Shown in pieces: positions 1 through 12,760 of a DNA stretch of 64,000 bases. Numbering within the stretch: the stretch's first letter is position 1; every line of letters begins with the position of its first letter. Both the position numbers and the translations under genes were made by a program. Under the pieces are notes generated by a model that worked only from the letters and a program-made list of their open reading frames with translations, did not search any database and had not been told where the DNA came from. Source of the stretch: Epiperipatus broadwayi (taxonomy: Eukaryota; Animalia; Onychophora); NCBI GenBank assembly GCA_028023455.1, contig JAQFVV010000006.1, forward strand, positions 5,456,001 through 5,520,000, read 5' to 3'.

Positions 1-1355
1 TCTGTCCCCAGAGAAACAATACCTAAGAAAAACGGTTAAATTCCAAACTAATGTCAACAATCCCAGAAATCTCGGAGTTGAGCTGACACGCGATGGACTT
101 ATCAAATAAAGGGACTCACAGGTGCATGGGATTGATTGGAGGAGAAAAATTCAAGGTGTGAGGGCGTGAAGGCAAAGATCAAAAAGGCCGAACAGCGTTT
201 TCAGAGGAGAGTTGTGCTCTTCTTTAGAGAAATTAAGAGACTTGATTTTTATTAGACGTTATGAATCTAACTGCCATGCGTTGCTGAATATAGAATTCGC
301 GGCTTGACCGCCGGACCTCCGCGTCCAGTCCAGCTGATTGCCATCAAGATGCTCATACCACCGGAGAACCTCATTTTAGGACCACGCTCGCTTGGAGACC
401 GCGCAAATTGCCGGAATACCTCATTAAAGAATAATCTTCGCTCAGGATCCCATTACAGTCGTTCTACGTTTCACAGGTAGCTATCGTAAAATTTGTTATA
501 TTCAATTGTGCACTTAAAGAAATAACTTTAGTATCCAGAACTATTAGAAAGACATTAATCTAAAACAGTATAATTAATATTAATCATTTATGAACAGTTC
601 GAGAATTTTTACCTAATAAATTTGCCGACTGATCAACAGTCTGAAATAATATGTGCAAAGTAATTTGAAGTTTACCGTTAATTGTCTCGGCTTGCCGATC
701 ACATACCTGCGTTAATCATTATTAAACAGATTAAATAAATATTTATGTAGCTAATTTTTTTTGTTATTTAATTGCTTGGAATTTCAACATAAATTTATAT
801 ATATCGGAATGAATGCTTTAGCGTAAGTTTGTTTGTATGGAAATGAATGCAGTTGATATTTTGGGGGTGGGATTTTATTGATTTTATGCTGAATGCAGTT
901 GATATTTTGGGGGTGGGATTTTATTGATTTTATGCTTATGTCGTGATACTTTTTAGACTAAAGTGAAGTTGGATTAATTTGTTCTGTGGGATGTAGGGCG
1001 GGCCTTTCTATGATTATAATAACGGAGGTAGTGTGAAGGGTAATTGTGGCTGTGTTCGTTTCATGTTTCCGACTGGAGCGAGGCACGGGCATGTTTTGTG
1101 ATATAATTGAGTGGGCTTATGCACATACGTGGCGGACTCTTCTAAAAGTTTTCCTGGCGCCTATTACTGGGATTCAATTCGAATCTATGTATAAAATAAA
1201 TAAAGCGTACGTGTATGGGTGTTAGAAATTATCGTCGCAGAACATCATGTAATCCCCGGACGGAAGAACACAGCGGGTGCCAACAACAAAAAAGGAATCG
1301 TCAAGCAAGGATTAACGGAGGTAGTGATGTTGCCTCGGTCACGTGGGTGGTTACA
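1..1355 (+). repeat. 5' LTR (truncated by window start)
   Basis: Near-identical to 4679-6033; I counted 6 substitutions (near 312, 408, 911, 1151, 1176, 1287). Ends GGTTACA. Contains a 46-bp tandem duplication at about 844-936. Confidence 0.95.
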
Positions 1356-1357
1356 TT

Positions 1358-1376
1358 TGGCGCGTCAACGTGCGGC
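1358..1376 (+). other. Primer-binding site, tRNA-Lys-like but imperfect
   Basis: TGGCGCGTCAACGTGCGGC, 2 nt after the LTR end; resembles the tRNA-Lys(CUU) PBS TGGCGCCCAACGTGGGGC. Confidence 0.7.
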
Positions 1377-2141
1377 GAAACTGTTGTTTCAAAGGGCAGA
1401 ACCGACGTGAGTACAGCTGACGTTAATAACAACGAAAGCAAATCTAAAAAGAGGGCGCTCGAAATACTGAACAAATTGTCTACTAAAGCGGGGGGAAAAT
1501 TTTCGGAATTATCGTGGAAAAAAAAAAAAAAACTAACTATTAAATATTGCTTGAGAGAGTGGGAAGGGGATTTAGTTCTAGTAGTATTAATAAAATAATC
1601 AAGCGGCCGGATATAACTGATATTTGTAGAAAGCTGTGGAATAGCGGGATTCCGTGGAGGAAATATCGTGTATCAAAGGAAGCAACTCGTAAATTAATTT
1701 CTATACTAATAAGACAATTGCAAATAATTTTAATCGAAAAAAAAAAAGGAAAGGAAAATCATTTTAATATTAGTGTATTCTTGAAAAAGGGAACGAACTG
1801 TATCTGGGATCTTGTTAGTTTTCGTGTTACTTAAAAATAAAAGGGACGTTGCGTATAAACAACACGGATATGTAGATGACCAAAAAAAAATATATATATA
1901 TAAAAGTTAAGTAAAGTATAACCGTGAATATAACCGAGGGCTACCGTATATAAATGAAGGGAACAGTGGGACCTGGGATAATCTGAGCGTGAGGAACCAA
2001 ATTGAAGGAAGGACAGGAGCTGGGGGAATTTTGAAGGGCAATGAGCATCGAAGGATGGGATAAGACAGTCAGGGGGACCCGCGGAGTAGTAGGTGATGAG
2101 TCGTGGATTATTATAGCCAAAGATCAACTAAATATTAAACA

Positions 2142-3296
2142 ATGGAAGACAATACCGATGAAAGCATGTGGGAACAGATGGGAGAGAGTCCCATCCAATT
2201 TAAAAAACAGGACACGCAGAAGGAAGGGGACATTAAAATCTTAATAAGAATGATGACGCAGATGATGGCCGAAATGAGGGAAGATAGAGAAGAGCGGAGA
2301 AGAGAGAGGGAAGAGTTTAAAGAGGAGATAAGGCAACTACTCGGAGGAAAGGAAAGGAAGCCAGAAGAGAACAAAGGGGAAGAGAGTAGTTTAACCCAAG
2401 TTAAGGAAGAGATAAATCAGAATGCGATGGAGATGGATAGGACGATGGCAGACCTGAGTGAGCTAAAGGAGAAGGTTGAGGTCCTAACGGATGACGTAGG
2501 AAAGGGCGAGAGACGTCAAGATGTGATGAAGGAAGCCATCAGGCAGACGGAGGAGGTGTGTCCTGAAATTCGACAACACCAGGATGAAGTCCGTGAGACA
2601 ATGGGAGAATGGGGACAGAGGATCCAAAGGATTGAAGCAGACCTGGGGCATGGGAATATGAGTAGAAGGATGGAAGAGATGGAGAAGAGATGGGAAAGGC
2701 AGATGTCGCAACGGGACACAAGTCATGTATGGGCGGAGAGACAGATGAAGATAGAGATATTTAGGGCCGGGATGAACGAAAACCCGATGGACCACCTCGA
2801 AAGCGTCAGGAATCTATTTCGAGAACCTATGGAGAGAGAACCTGACCGAGTAAATATTGCCAGCGGCTACCTACAGGGCCCAGCGAGAGACTGGTGGAGG
2901 ACGCTGGAGTTTAAACCCCGGTCATATGAGGAGTACAAGGAAGAAGTCTTACGGTGTTTCTGGAACACGGCACGCCAGGAGGGGACGTATTTTCGAATCA
3001 CCCGGGAGAAATATGGGGGAAGGCCCAATGAGACGGCCACTCAATTTTATTATAGGCAGGTGGCGAGCCTTCAACAATTGCCTGCGTACCCTATGACAGA
3101 GATGCAGATCATCTCCATAATAAGACACAATATGCCGACCACCCTCAGACACATGATGCTGGGAAGCGATTGCAAAGGGATCCATGAAATGGGGGAAATG
3201 GTCGCAAAATTTGAACTAGAAGAGGGAACAGGAGGGACGATGGAGGGGTACAAGAATGAACAACCCAGAAAACGAGTGCCACCGGACCAATACTAA
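2142..3296 (+). CDS. Retrotransposon Gag (Ty3/gypsy, Arc-like capsid) with N-terminal coiled coil, 384 aa
   Basis: E/K/R-rich coiled-coil N-half, then capsid-like segment ASGYLQGPARDWW...SYEEYKEEVLRCFW; located between PBS and PPT. Confidence 0.85.
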   Translation: MEDNTDESMWEQMGESPIQFKKQDTQKEGDIKILIRMMTQMMAEMREDREERRREREEFKEEIRQLLGGKERKPEENKGEESSLTQVKEEINQNAMEMDRTMADLSELKEKVEVLTDDVGKGERRQDVMKEAIRQTEEVCPEIRQHQDEVRETMGEWGQRIQRIEADLGHGNMSRRMEEMEKRWERQMSQRDTSHVWAERQMKIEIFRAGMNENPMDHLESVRNLFREPMEREPDRVNIASGYLQGPARDWWRTLEFKPRSYEEYKEEVLRCFWNTARQEGTYFRITREKYGGRPNETATQFYYRQVASLQQLPAYPMTEMQIISIIRHNMPTTLRHMMLGSDCKGIHEMGEMVAKFELEEGTGGTMEGYKNEQPRKRVPPDQY

Positions 3297-4135
3297 CCCA
3301 TAGGACGGAGGGAAAATTAGTTTACGACTAGGGATATCAGAAGGACAAATGTTAAAGGGAATTCGAAGGGGAAATAGATGCCACGAACCGGGTATGACCT
3401 ATGACAAGAACCGGAATATGATATTGGAAATGGAAAAAAAAAAAAAAACGGAGGGGAAAAGGGGGGATGACCAACCCCAGCCTTGGGTATAACATAGAAA
3501 AACAAACAGATCAAACGCTCGCAAAGCAGCTTATAGCCTATAGAGCCAACGTGTTGGTGGGTCGACCTGAGAGTACCTTGTAAGTCCGGGAGACAGCTGG
3601 CACATGACGGGCCCAACCTAAATGCGGGAAATTATGTAAAACATTTCGTTAGAGTTCGTGCTAGCTCACTTCCCAAACGTTGTTATTGCTGGGCGGTCCA
3701 GACTTTCCAAAATCGTAGATCGAGATCGATCATGTTCTGTATTGGGGACTTCGGAAAGGTCCATCCCCATACCTCCTGTCAGGGATGCACGAAACCAATT
3801 GGCCATTGTCGTCAATCGTGACAGACCCTAGATTACCAAATAGTTTTATTGTCTTTTCTCCGTTAATAGTCGTTGTAAAGGGAAGTCTGACTGCAGAGCA
3901 CCGGATCCAAATTTTAAGGGAAGGCGGAGCCGCAGATGAACGGACGGGAAAGCCGCCATAATGGGACCTGTATCGCACAAAGGAAAGGAAGACATGGGGT
4001 CGATTCGTTGGACGCTGCACAAAAAGAAAAAAAAAATGATTAATGGAACATTCAATGCTAGGGCACTGAAGAGGGCCGAATAACTTCGCTCCCTCTCAGA
4101 GCTAAAACCCGCAACATCAGATTTTACTCTACACC

Positions 4136-4148
4136 GGGCGGGGAGATA
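4136..4148 (+). other. Polypurine tract
   Basis: GGGCGGGGAGATA directly before the TG that starts the 3' LTR. Confidence 0.8.
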
Positions 4149-6033
4149 TGTAACGGAATAGCGTTACATGGTATTCAAACCCAGGCGTATTGGGGTATAT
4201 TCAATTATAATCAATTGACGAAATAACTGACAGGGACAAAACTTTTATAAAAGCGGTCTTGCTTTAATAATGAGCGAAGAACAGCCGTTTCTAAAAGCCG
4301 ATCGCAGCTATATAAGAGTGCCTGTCAGATTTATTGAAAAAAAGAGTAAAAAATTGTTGTTATTTTATTATTTTGTGTGTGTGTTAAGAATAAATCTATA
4401 ATCCGTCATTGTAGTTTTTTTTGTCATTTATTTTTGATTAATTAAAAAAAAGAATGATTGAACGCAAGTTTAACTTTTATCAAATAATTTAAATTAATTA
4501 GCAATATGTTCTGAAATTCCAAGCAATCTCAGATTAATTTGTACAAACGTAATTAGTAAATGTAAAATTAGAAATTGAAACAATAGGCAGGATATGTGCT
4601 GGTACGCCGAGATAAAACAAGCCAAAATTAGAAACAGAGGTGTGAGAAAGTGTACACCGCTATTGTACGACTCAGTTTTCTGTCCCCAGAGAAACAATAC
4701 CTAAGAAAAACGGTTAAATTCCAAACTAATGTCAACAATCCCAGAAATCTCGGAGTTGAGCTGACACGCGATGGACTTATCAAATAAAGGGACTCACAGG
4801 TGCATGGGATTGATTGGAGGAGAAAAATTCAAGGTGTGAGGGCGTGAAGGCAAAGATCAAAAAGGCCGAACAGCGTTTTCAGAGGAGAGTTGTGCTCTTC
4901 TTTAGAGAAATTAAGAGACTTGATTTTTATTAGACGTTATGAATCTAACTGCCATGCGTTGCTGAATATAGAATTCGCGGCTTGACCGCTGGACCTCCGC
5001 GTCCAGTCCAGCTGATTGCCATCAAGATGCTCATACCACCGGAGAACCTCATTTTAGGACCACGCTCGCTTGGAGACCGCGCAAATCGCCGGAATACCTC
5101 ATTAAAGAATAATCTTCGCTCAGGATCCCATTACAGTCGTTCTACGTTTCACAGGTAGCTATCGTAAAATTTGTTATATTCAATTGTGCACTTAAAGAAA
5201 TAACTTTAGTATCCAGAACTATTAGAAAGACATTAATCTAAAACAGTATAATTAATATTAATCATTTATGAACAGTTCGAGAATTTTTACCTAATAAATT
5301 TGCCGACTGATCAACAGTCTGAAATAATATGTGCAAAGTAATTTGAAGTTTACCGTTAATTGTCTCGGCTTGCCGATCACATACCTGCGTTAATCATTAT
5401 TAAACAGATTAAATAAATATTTATGTAGCTAATTTTTTTTGTTATTTAATTGCTTGGAATTTCAACATAAATTTATATATATCGGAATGAATGCTTTAGC
5501 GTAAGTTTGTTTGTATGGAAATGAATGCAGTTGATATTTTGGGGGTGGGATTTTATTGATTTTATGCTGAATGCAGTTGATATTTTGGGAGTGGGATTTT
5601 ATTGATTTTATGCTTATGTCGTGATACTTTTTAGACTAAAGTGAAGTTGGATTAATTTGTTCTGTGGGATGTAGGGCGGGCCTTTCTATGATTATAATAA
5701 CGGAGGTAGTGTGAAGGGTAATTGTGGCTGTGTTCGTTTCATGTTTCCGACTGGAGCGAGGCACGGGCATGTTTTGTGATATAATTGAGTGGGCTTATGC
5801 ACATACGTGGCGGACTCTTCTAAAAGTTCTCCTGGCGCCTATTACTGGGATTCGATTCGAATCTATGTATAAAATAAATAAAGCGTACGTGTATGGGTGT
5901 TAGAAATTATCGTCGCAGAACATCATGTAATCCCCGGACGGAAGAACACAGCGGGTGCCAACAAAAAAAAAGGAATCGTCAAGCAAGGATTAACGGAGGT
6001 AGTGATGTTGCCTCGGTCACGTGGGTGGTTACA
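4149..6033 (+). repeat. 3' LTR, 1885 bp
   Basis: TGTAAC...GTTACA inverted termini; matches the 5' LTR; followed by a (TA)n microsatellite. Confidence 0.95.
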
Positions 6034-6889
6034 ATATATATATATATGTATGTGTGTGTGTATGAGAGAGAGTGTTGTACTGTATTGACCATAGAATTAC
6101 TTCCATCATTCAATAACACTCAATCCTATAAATACATATCAAGACATTTTAGGCCGAGCCAACCTGAGGGCCATGCAAATAATGTGATTGCACTAGGTCC
6201 TGCATCTATCAAGGTCCCATACCTGCATGAAGGGCACTTTTTGTGAAAATAAAAAATAAAATATTTTATTGTTTTCTAAACATAATTATATTTTCCTTTT
6301 TTTTTACCAAAATTTTGTAATTTAAAAGTCCTATCATGTTGAAGAAATACAATTGTAGAAGCAGTGGTTGTGTGGTGATGTCTGGACATGTTAATGTGAA
6401 ATCAGCATAGGTCAAGAATGATTCTCTTTATTGACAATTTTATCTATTGCGTCAGAAGTTTTTTACGATGATATTATTAATGACTTGCAATAAAACGTTC
6501 AAAGAAATAAAGTATAGTTTTTGCATAAGTATTTTATTTTTCAAATATTCATTCAATAAAATTGCACAAAGCCATATTTATAATACAAAATTAATTATGT
6601 ATACATTATAAGTATTAATTTATGCAATTTTATTTTCAGTAAACAGAAGATTCTCATTCAAAATAAACAAAAATTTTACGAGAAGCAGTCATCCCTATTT
6701 GATTTATGATAATTGTAGAGCACTATACATATATATATATATATATAAGATATTTTTTTAAATATCTAAGAATTTTTATCATGACTAAAAGTTATCCCTC
6801 CCGCCACACAGAAACATTCTTTCAAGTTCCTCTTTTCACGGATTGGCTCTGGTCATAGATGTTTAAGATATCAAGATATCTAAAACAAT

Positions 6890-7845
6890 GTAAATATCAC
6901 ATAATCACCATTTCTTATGCTTACTCATAACTGTTATTAAAACAGGCAAAACTCTCTGTACAGCAGTGCCACTCAGTGCAAGCCAGAATAATTAATGGAT
7001 TCCAGAAGGCTTGTGCATAAAATCCCCGTATCTCCAGACTCATTTCTATCCTGTATCTCCAGACTCATTTCTATCCTGTATCTCCAGACTCATTTCTATC
7101 CTGTATCTCCAGACTCATTTCTGTCTTGTGGCTTTTATCAGTGAGAATCTTTGGATCTGAGAGCACATCTAGATCTTAGGATCTAATGCAACCCTCCAGT
7201 AGCCACCTTTTGTTTCTACTTAACTACAAATCTATGATTGTAAAACACAATAATATTTTCAATCCAAGATTATCAGCTTATATAGTCATATAGATCTTAA
7301 CTCAGTCCAGTTCCCATACATTTTTGCTCTTTAAAACCATAGACACCACTATCCTATTAAGCAGGAATGGTATAAATCACTAAATATCACATGATCACCA
7401 TTTCTCATTCTTGCTCATAATTGGCATTTCAACATGCAAACTCTCCATACAGTAGTGCTTAATAGGATGGATAGTGTTGGCTATGGTTGTTAAAGAGCCA
7501 AAGACACCAAAATGTATGGATACTGAACTAAGTTCAGACCTATATGACTATATAAGCTGGTGAGCTTGGATTGAAATAGTATTGTGTTTTCAATTGTAGA
7601 CTCATAGATTTGTAGTTAAGTAGAGATAAAAGGTGGCTGCTGGAAGGTTGCATTAGTTTCAGAGATTGAGATGCAGTGTTCTCAGATCCAAAGTTCCTCA
7701 CTGATGAAAGTCACAAGCTAGAAACTAGTCTGGTGATGTTGGATGAATAGGCACTAGATAGGTGTTTTATGCACAAGCCTTCTGGCATCCATTAATTACT
7801 CTGGCTTACACTGGGTGGCACTACTGTATGGAGAATTTTTTCTAT
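6890..7845. mobile_element. HHR family A: minus-strand monomer with terminal redundancy plus inverted (+) copy
   Basis: ATATCACAT(A/G)ATCACCATTT at 6894 and 7384; orientation flips at about 7459. HHR-like motifs at 7106-7147 (-) and 7695-7736 (+). Confidence 0.8.
7695..7736 (+). ncRNA. Type I hammerhead ribozyme-like motif (family A)
   Basis: TCCTCA CTGATGA AAGT CACAA GCTA GAAA CTAG TC TGGTGA: intact CUGAUGA and GAAA cores, palindromic stem III (ACTAGT), GUC site; stem II not closed by G-C. Confidence 0.65.
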
Positions 7846-8139
7846 TTTAATAATTTAAATACAGAGATTCACAATTAAAGTTGATGAATTGTGAAAGTTT
7901 AGTGGTTAATGGTACTTGTTCTTCAGAAGGGGTGAGCCTTCTCTTTTGAATCCTGAGACTTCAAACTTTGAACAAATAACACTCTATTGTGTAAGGATCA
8001 AGAGAATAATGTATCCACCTATTCTTTAAGCTTTTGATGTTTGTATATACACAGGGGTATCCAAATATAATCAGAATTTTATAATAAAAAATTGTTATTT
8101 ATTTTTAAGTATTATAAATTTAATCTCTTTAAGCTTTTG

Positions 8140-9000
8140 ATGTTTGTATATACACAGGGGTATCCAAATATAATCAGAATTTTATAATAAAAATAATCTC
8201 TTTCAAAGTATTATAACATTTGTTGCAAAATATGGGCCTAAACATGTTTTTTATTTTTCAAAATAGTTCAGGAATACTTAAAAAGTGATGCCTTTTAATG
8301 TCTCTGCCATTTTTTCCATGACTTCTAAGACCACAAAAATAGACATTTTTTTTCATTTGAGACATTAAAAAAAATTGCAAGAAGCAAGATAGAACAAATA
8401 TGACCGATAGATAAACTGGTTCATGCTGAATTTAATTAAAAAGTGTTTCACACTCATGGCTTTGAGAGATAGCACTTTGTAAGAGTGGAGCATGCACTCT
8501 TTTCTTTGCCACAAAACATGATGTTTACATTTTACCACATTATGTAAATGTTTCAGCACTTACAGATAAAATGTCTGACAGTTACGAACTAAATTTGAGA
8601 GAAAAATGTCATTTGCATAAAAAATCAGTGCTAGTTTGACTTTGGATTTGCGATACTTTTTAGGGATGTGGTAAATTTAACATTTCAATTAAACCACTCA
8701 TAAACTTGTATTTTTATGAGATCAGCTTGCTTGTAATCTGTTTCACACATTACAACTTTTTCCATGTCATTTTCTGTAAACAAAACAGAATTTTACATTG
8801 TTTAACTTTTCAGCCATTATAAAAAGTTAATAGAAATGCAAAATACACTTTACAAAACAATGTGTTACGTAGTCACATGATTTAACATGACAGATTGATG
8901 CAGAAGGGTTTCTGCAAGATTTATGTAACAGTAAAAATATATATTACAACTGGCACACAATCCAGAGAACAATTCCAGTTAGTTTTGACCCCCTTCCCCT
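8140..9000 (-). mobile_element. Degenerate mariner transposase remnant
   Basis: Minus ORF 8365-8559 (HHVLWQRKECMLHSYKVLSLKAMSVKHFLIK...YLASCNFF) aligns by eye to the mariner KRP.LW...LH.DNAP.H.A..V..FL...YSPDLAPCDF region; TIR-like TACACAGGGGTATCCAA near 8140. Confidence 0.65.
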
Positions 9001-10342
9001 GTGCATTTACATTGTAAATGAAAATCAGGGGATTACATCCATGGAAACAATCAGAGATAAGTTTACTTTTGATGTTAAGAAACTATTAATTACTAATTAT
9101 AAGTCCTAGTAACATATTACAGCTGTTTGGGTCTGAGTTTAAATAAAGAAAAAAAAGATTGACTTTCAACCCAAATCATCTCATTTTAAATTTTTCAATC
9201 AACTTGGGTTAGAAGTAAAAGTGTATATCCTTTTCCTTCTATTTAATTCTTTAAATGCCAACCTGACCCCCAAGTTTTTGAATAGGATCTAGTGATAACA
9301 TTTTTTACTATGATGCCATGTTTGATATTTTTGTGCAGTTAAATCTTTTTATGTGTATAAAATTGTGAAAATAAGTAACTAACTTATAGTCTTATCGATA
9401 ACAAAGGAAAACATTGTTATTGACTTCATGATATCTATTCAAAAAAGTTAAAAAAATGAAATAATAAATATTACAATTTTATGTTATTAAAAAATGATAT
9501 ATTTAGAATTAGTTATCAAAGAAACAAAAAAAATCTAAAAGTTAATGAATTATTAATTGTTATTAAAATATGTCACTTACTGCTTTTACAAAAATGATGT
9601 TCTTTTTAGCCTCTAATGGCTTTTAGTTGCTAATTTCCAATTTTCATAACATATTTCATACACTTTCTAAGAGTTGTTGTTTTGAAAATAAAATGTTTTC
9701 AAAGACAACTCCACCTAGTGACAGTTGTTGGTTTGATAATTCATCATTTTCAAAAACATTGCATCATATTTATTAATAATTATTGAAAATCACATTTTAT
9801 ATGGCATTAGCTGCAGGGAAAATGAATCTAAAGCATCAGCCAATCACAAATCGCCACTTCCTTCATAGCTTTGTTAGAACAATAGAATGTTCTGTCAATC
9901 ACAGACAAAGATTCGCAAAGGTCTGTATACTGCTGATATTTCTTGATTTTTTTTAATTAATGTATTAAAAATAGAAACTTCTTGGAAAGAATCACTGCAA
10001 CCTGTCACACATCATAATTTAATAAATACCACGCTTTAAGTCAACATAAAAAAGTAGCCATCACAGCACTATCGCTTCACTTAAAATGTCAGATATGATA
10101 GTGCTATCACAGCTTACTTTTGTGAAACAGTTAAACTCAAAATAAAAGAGATTACTAATTAATAATTGATAGTTTCCTAATAGTATCAAAGCTAAACTTA
10201 TCTCTGGTTGTTTACGAGCATATAATCTCTAAATTTCCACTGTTTATATCATAATAAATACATGAAAATATTTAATATGTTTATATACACATTAAAAAGA
10301 ATGTGTTATATATCTATTTAATATTTATTTTTCTTTTATTAG

Positions 10343-10414
10343 GCAATGTTTGGTGGTATTGTAATTGCTGCACCCCTGTGGGGTGCCATGGCCGATATAT
10401 TTGGTCGCAGGCCG
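10343..10414 (+). CDS. SVOP: SVOP/SVOPL-family MFS transporter, internal exon A (AMFGGIVIAAPLWGAMADIFGRRP)
   Basis: ttag acceptor and GTATGT donor; MFS motif A (G..AD.FGRR); ends in phase 0, compatible with exon B. SVOP versus SVOPL orthology not resolved. Confidence 0.85.
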
Positions 10415-11427
10415 GTATGTATATATATATTAATTTTATGTAATATGGTGTGTATATTAAAAATACACAATTATAAAAATTTGTGTGTGTGCGTTCATGT
10501 GTATCAGTTGTATAGGATGGATTGGATAGCTGTATGGAGGTTGAAAATCTGATTTCAAACTCCTTCTAATGAAATTTAAAAAATTATAATTTAAATATTA
10601 TAATATATAATAATTATTCTCACTTTTATATAAAATGAATAAATTATTCCATTGTTTCATACATTGCTTACTTAGATGGAATAATCCTATTATATTTAAA
10701 TTAACTTAATCTTATTATATTTAAATCGATAAACCGTTACAAATAAAAAGTAGGATATTTATTCATTTTTTATAATCAGTATGCTACTTATAAATATAAA
10801 ATATGAATATTGACTAAGATGTTGCAACACAACTATTATTGGTGAAGATGGACTTTTAAAAAAGATCAATTTCAGAGTATCTAAAGGGTTGAAAATTAGA
10901 GATCAGTATAGAACATTGGATAAATATTACCCACAATTCTATAAAAAAAAATGGAAGCAAAATTTTAAATTCATACATAACTCATATTGGAATAAATCAT
11001 TGTTCAAAGACAATGATAAATTGGACAACAATAAAAGTAAAGGGAGAAGAGTCAATGAGCTGTAAAAGAAAAAAAGATATAAGGAAGATACTACATTAGA
11101 GAATTTCCTTCCTAAGTCATAAAAATTGGAAAATTGGAAAATCAGATAGGAAAAAATGAATTTATGTTAAAATACTTATATATTTGTATAAATAACAAAT
11201 TAATTGCTTCAGAGTTGTATTTTGATAACCTCTAAAATTAATATTTCTTTAATAATTTATATCAACATTAATATAAATACATATGGTATAAATTAATTAT
11301 TGTGTATGGAAATGTAATAATACACATAATTATATACAAATAAAATGTCTGTTAATTGAAAAACTATTCTAATAAATAAAAGTAATAAATATAATGGTAA
11401 TTAATTATTATATGCAATCTTTCAACC

Positions 11428-11469
11428 ACAGAAGTACTTTCAGTTAATTCCTTAACTTGCCTCAACTGC
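11428..11469 (-). ncRNA. HHR-like motif downstream of PLE endonuclease; inverted twin at 13452-13493 (+)
   Basis: GCAG TTGAGGC A AGTTA aggaat TAACT GAAA GTAC TT CTGT; twin GCAG TTGAGGA T GGTTA agaaac TAATT GAAA GTAC TT. Palindromic stem III AGTACT; C3 replaced by U. Confidence 0.55.
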
Positions 11470-12019
11470 TGTTAAATTCAAAAAAAAAATGGAAGTGAAT
11501 GTCATCAACTCAAATCCCATGAATCCTGAATTTTAATGTTAGCAGCTTGTCTATTAATTATATTCATTTATCTCTATTTATTAAAATTGCCAGGTTATTT
11601 TTTCTTTTTTTATAATTTCGCTCTTCATGAAAAATCTTAATAATTTCAATATCAAACTTAAATTTATATTTGCATATTCTTTCATCACCCCTTAAAACTG
11701 AAGCAGTCATTAAATCGTCATTATTTTTACTTTTCACATGCTTATATAACAATTCATGCTCCCTTAATCTTTTTTCAATACTGCATCTCATTTCACTTAT
11801 ATATGATAACATACATCCACAAAAAATTTAATACACAACATTTTTTTTCTGCTTGACAAGTATGATATTTTTAAAATTATTCATTTATTAACATTCTTTG
11901 CAATACAAAATGAAACATTAAACACATTCATATATATATTCTTAAAAAATTTCACTTGAGCATTTGAAATATATGGAATAGATATCTATTTTTTACTATC
12001 AATCTTCAACTTCTTTAAA

Positions 12020-12760
12020 CCATTATCATCATCATCAACCATTATCAATGCACTGAAGCATGAAGGTCTCTCCAAGTTCAATCCATCTTCTCAGATCTTT
12101 AATTTCTCCTCTCCACATCACCCCTGCACACTTTCTTATTTCATTCATCCATCTCACATGTGGTCTCTTTCTGGGACTTTTACAATCTCTTGGAATTTGT
12201 TTAAGATTTCAATTCCCCATCTATTATCGTCTATTCTAACACTATGTCGAGCCCAATTTCACTTGTCTTTTAATTGTTTCAATGAGGTGATATTGTGTTT
12301 TCGATCTCTTCTTGTTACTCCTAACATACATATCTCCATACTGCTTTGAGTGGTCTGAAGTCTCTGTATTGCTCTTCTTTTAAGTGTCCAAGTCTCAGAA
12401 CTATAAGTAAAAACTTGTATAATGCATTTATTAAAAACCTTCCTTTCAAACACATAGACATATTTCCTTTTAGTATCAAGTTATGTCTAACAAAAGCACT
12501 CCAACCAAGTTTAATTCTATGATTAATTTCATCCATTATGTTTTTATGTTTCCATCCGTATTAATAATATGACTAAGGTACTTTTAGCTGTTAACTTCTT
12601 CTAACTCATCATAATCAATCTTTATTTTCATATTTTGAGAAAATCCATTAAACTATTATAACTCTTTTTAAGTTGACATAAAGTATTGTTAATCTGTTCC
12701 ATCTTATAATCAACTTCAAGCAATTCCTTGGAAAATATCTCAATATTTTTTTAATTTATC
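12020..12760 (-). mobile_element. RTE-like LINE 3' fragment inserted in the PLE
   Basis: Minus ORFs MDEINHRIKLGWSAF... and TYSSETWTL...LQTTQSSMEICMLGVTRRDR are typical RTE C-terminal sequence; (GAT)n-type tail; same family as 34690-35050. Confidence 0.75.

Larger units (their letters stand above)
1..6033 (+). mobile_element. Ty3/gypsy-like LTR retroelement, gag-only (no pol recognised); 5' end lies before the window
   Basis: 1-1355 repeats at 4679-6033 (offset 4678). The 3' LTR begins TGTAAC (4149) and ends GTTACA (6033). PBS follows the 5' LTR, PPT precedes the 3' LTR, and one long ORF lies between. Confidence 0.92.

Noticed and set aside
1215-1834. Short ORFs at the LTR end and leader (also 5893-6246)
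   Set aside because: They cross LTR boundaries, have no recognisable domain and diverge right after the LTR end.
3297-4148. Frameshifted pol after gag
   Set aside because: No D(T/S)G protease, YxDD RT or clear DDE motif seen in the frames I read; too short for pol.
6140-6240. Possible HDV-like ribozyme or hAT end at GGCCGAGCC
   Set aside because: I could not build the nested pseudoknot or find a partner TIR.
10346-10552. 68-aa ORF as a standalone gene
   Set aside because: Only the first 23 codons are MFS-like; the rest is read-through past the GTATGT donor.
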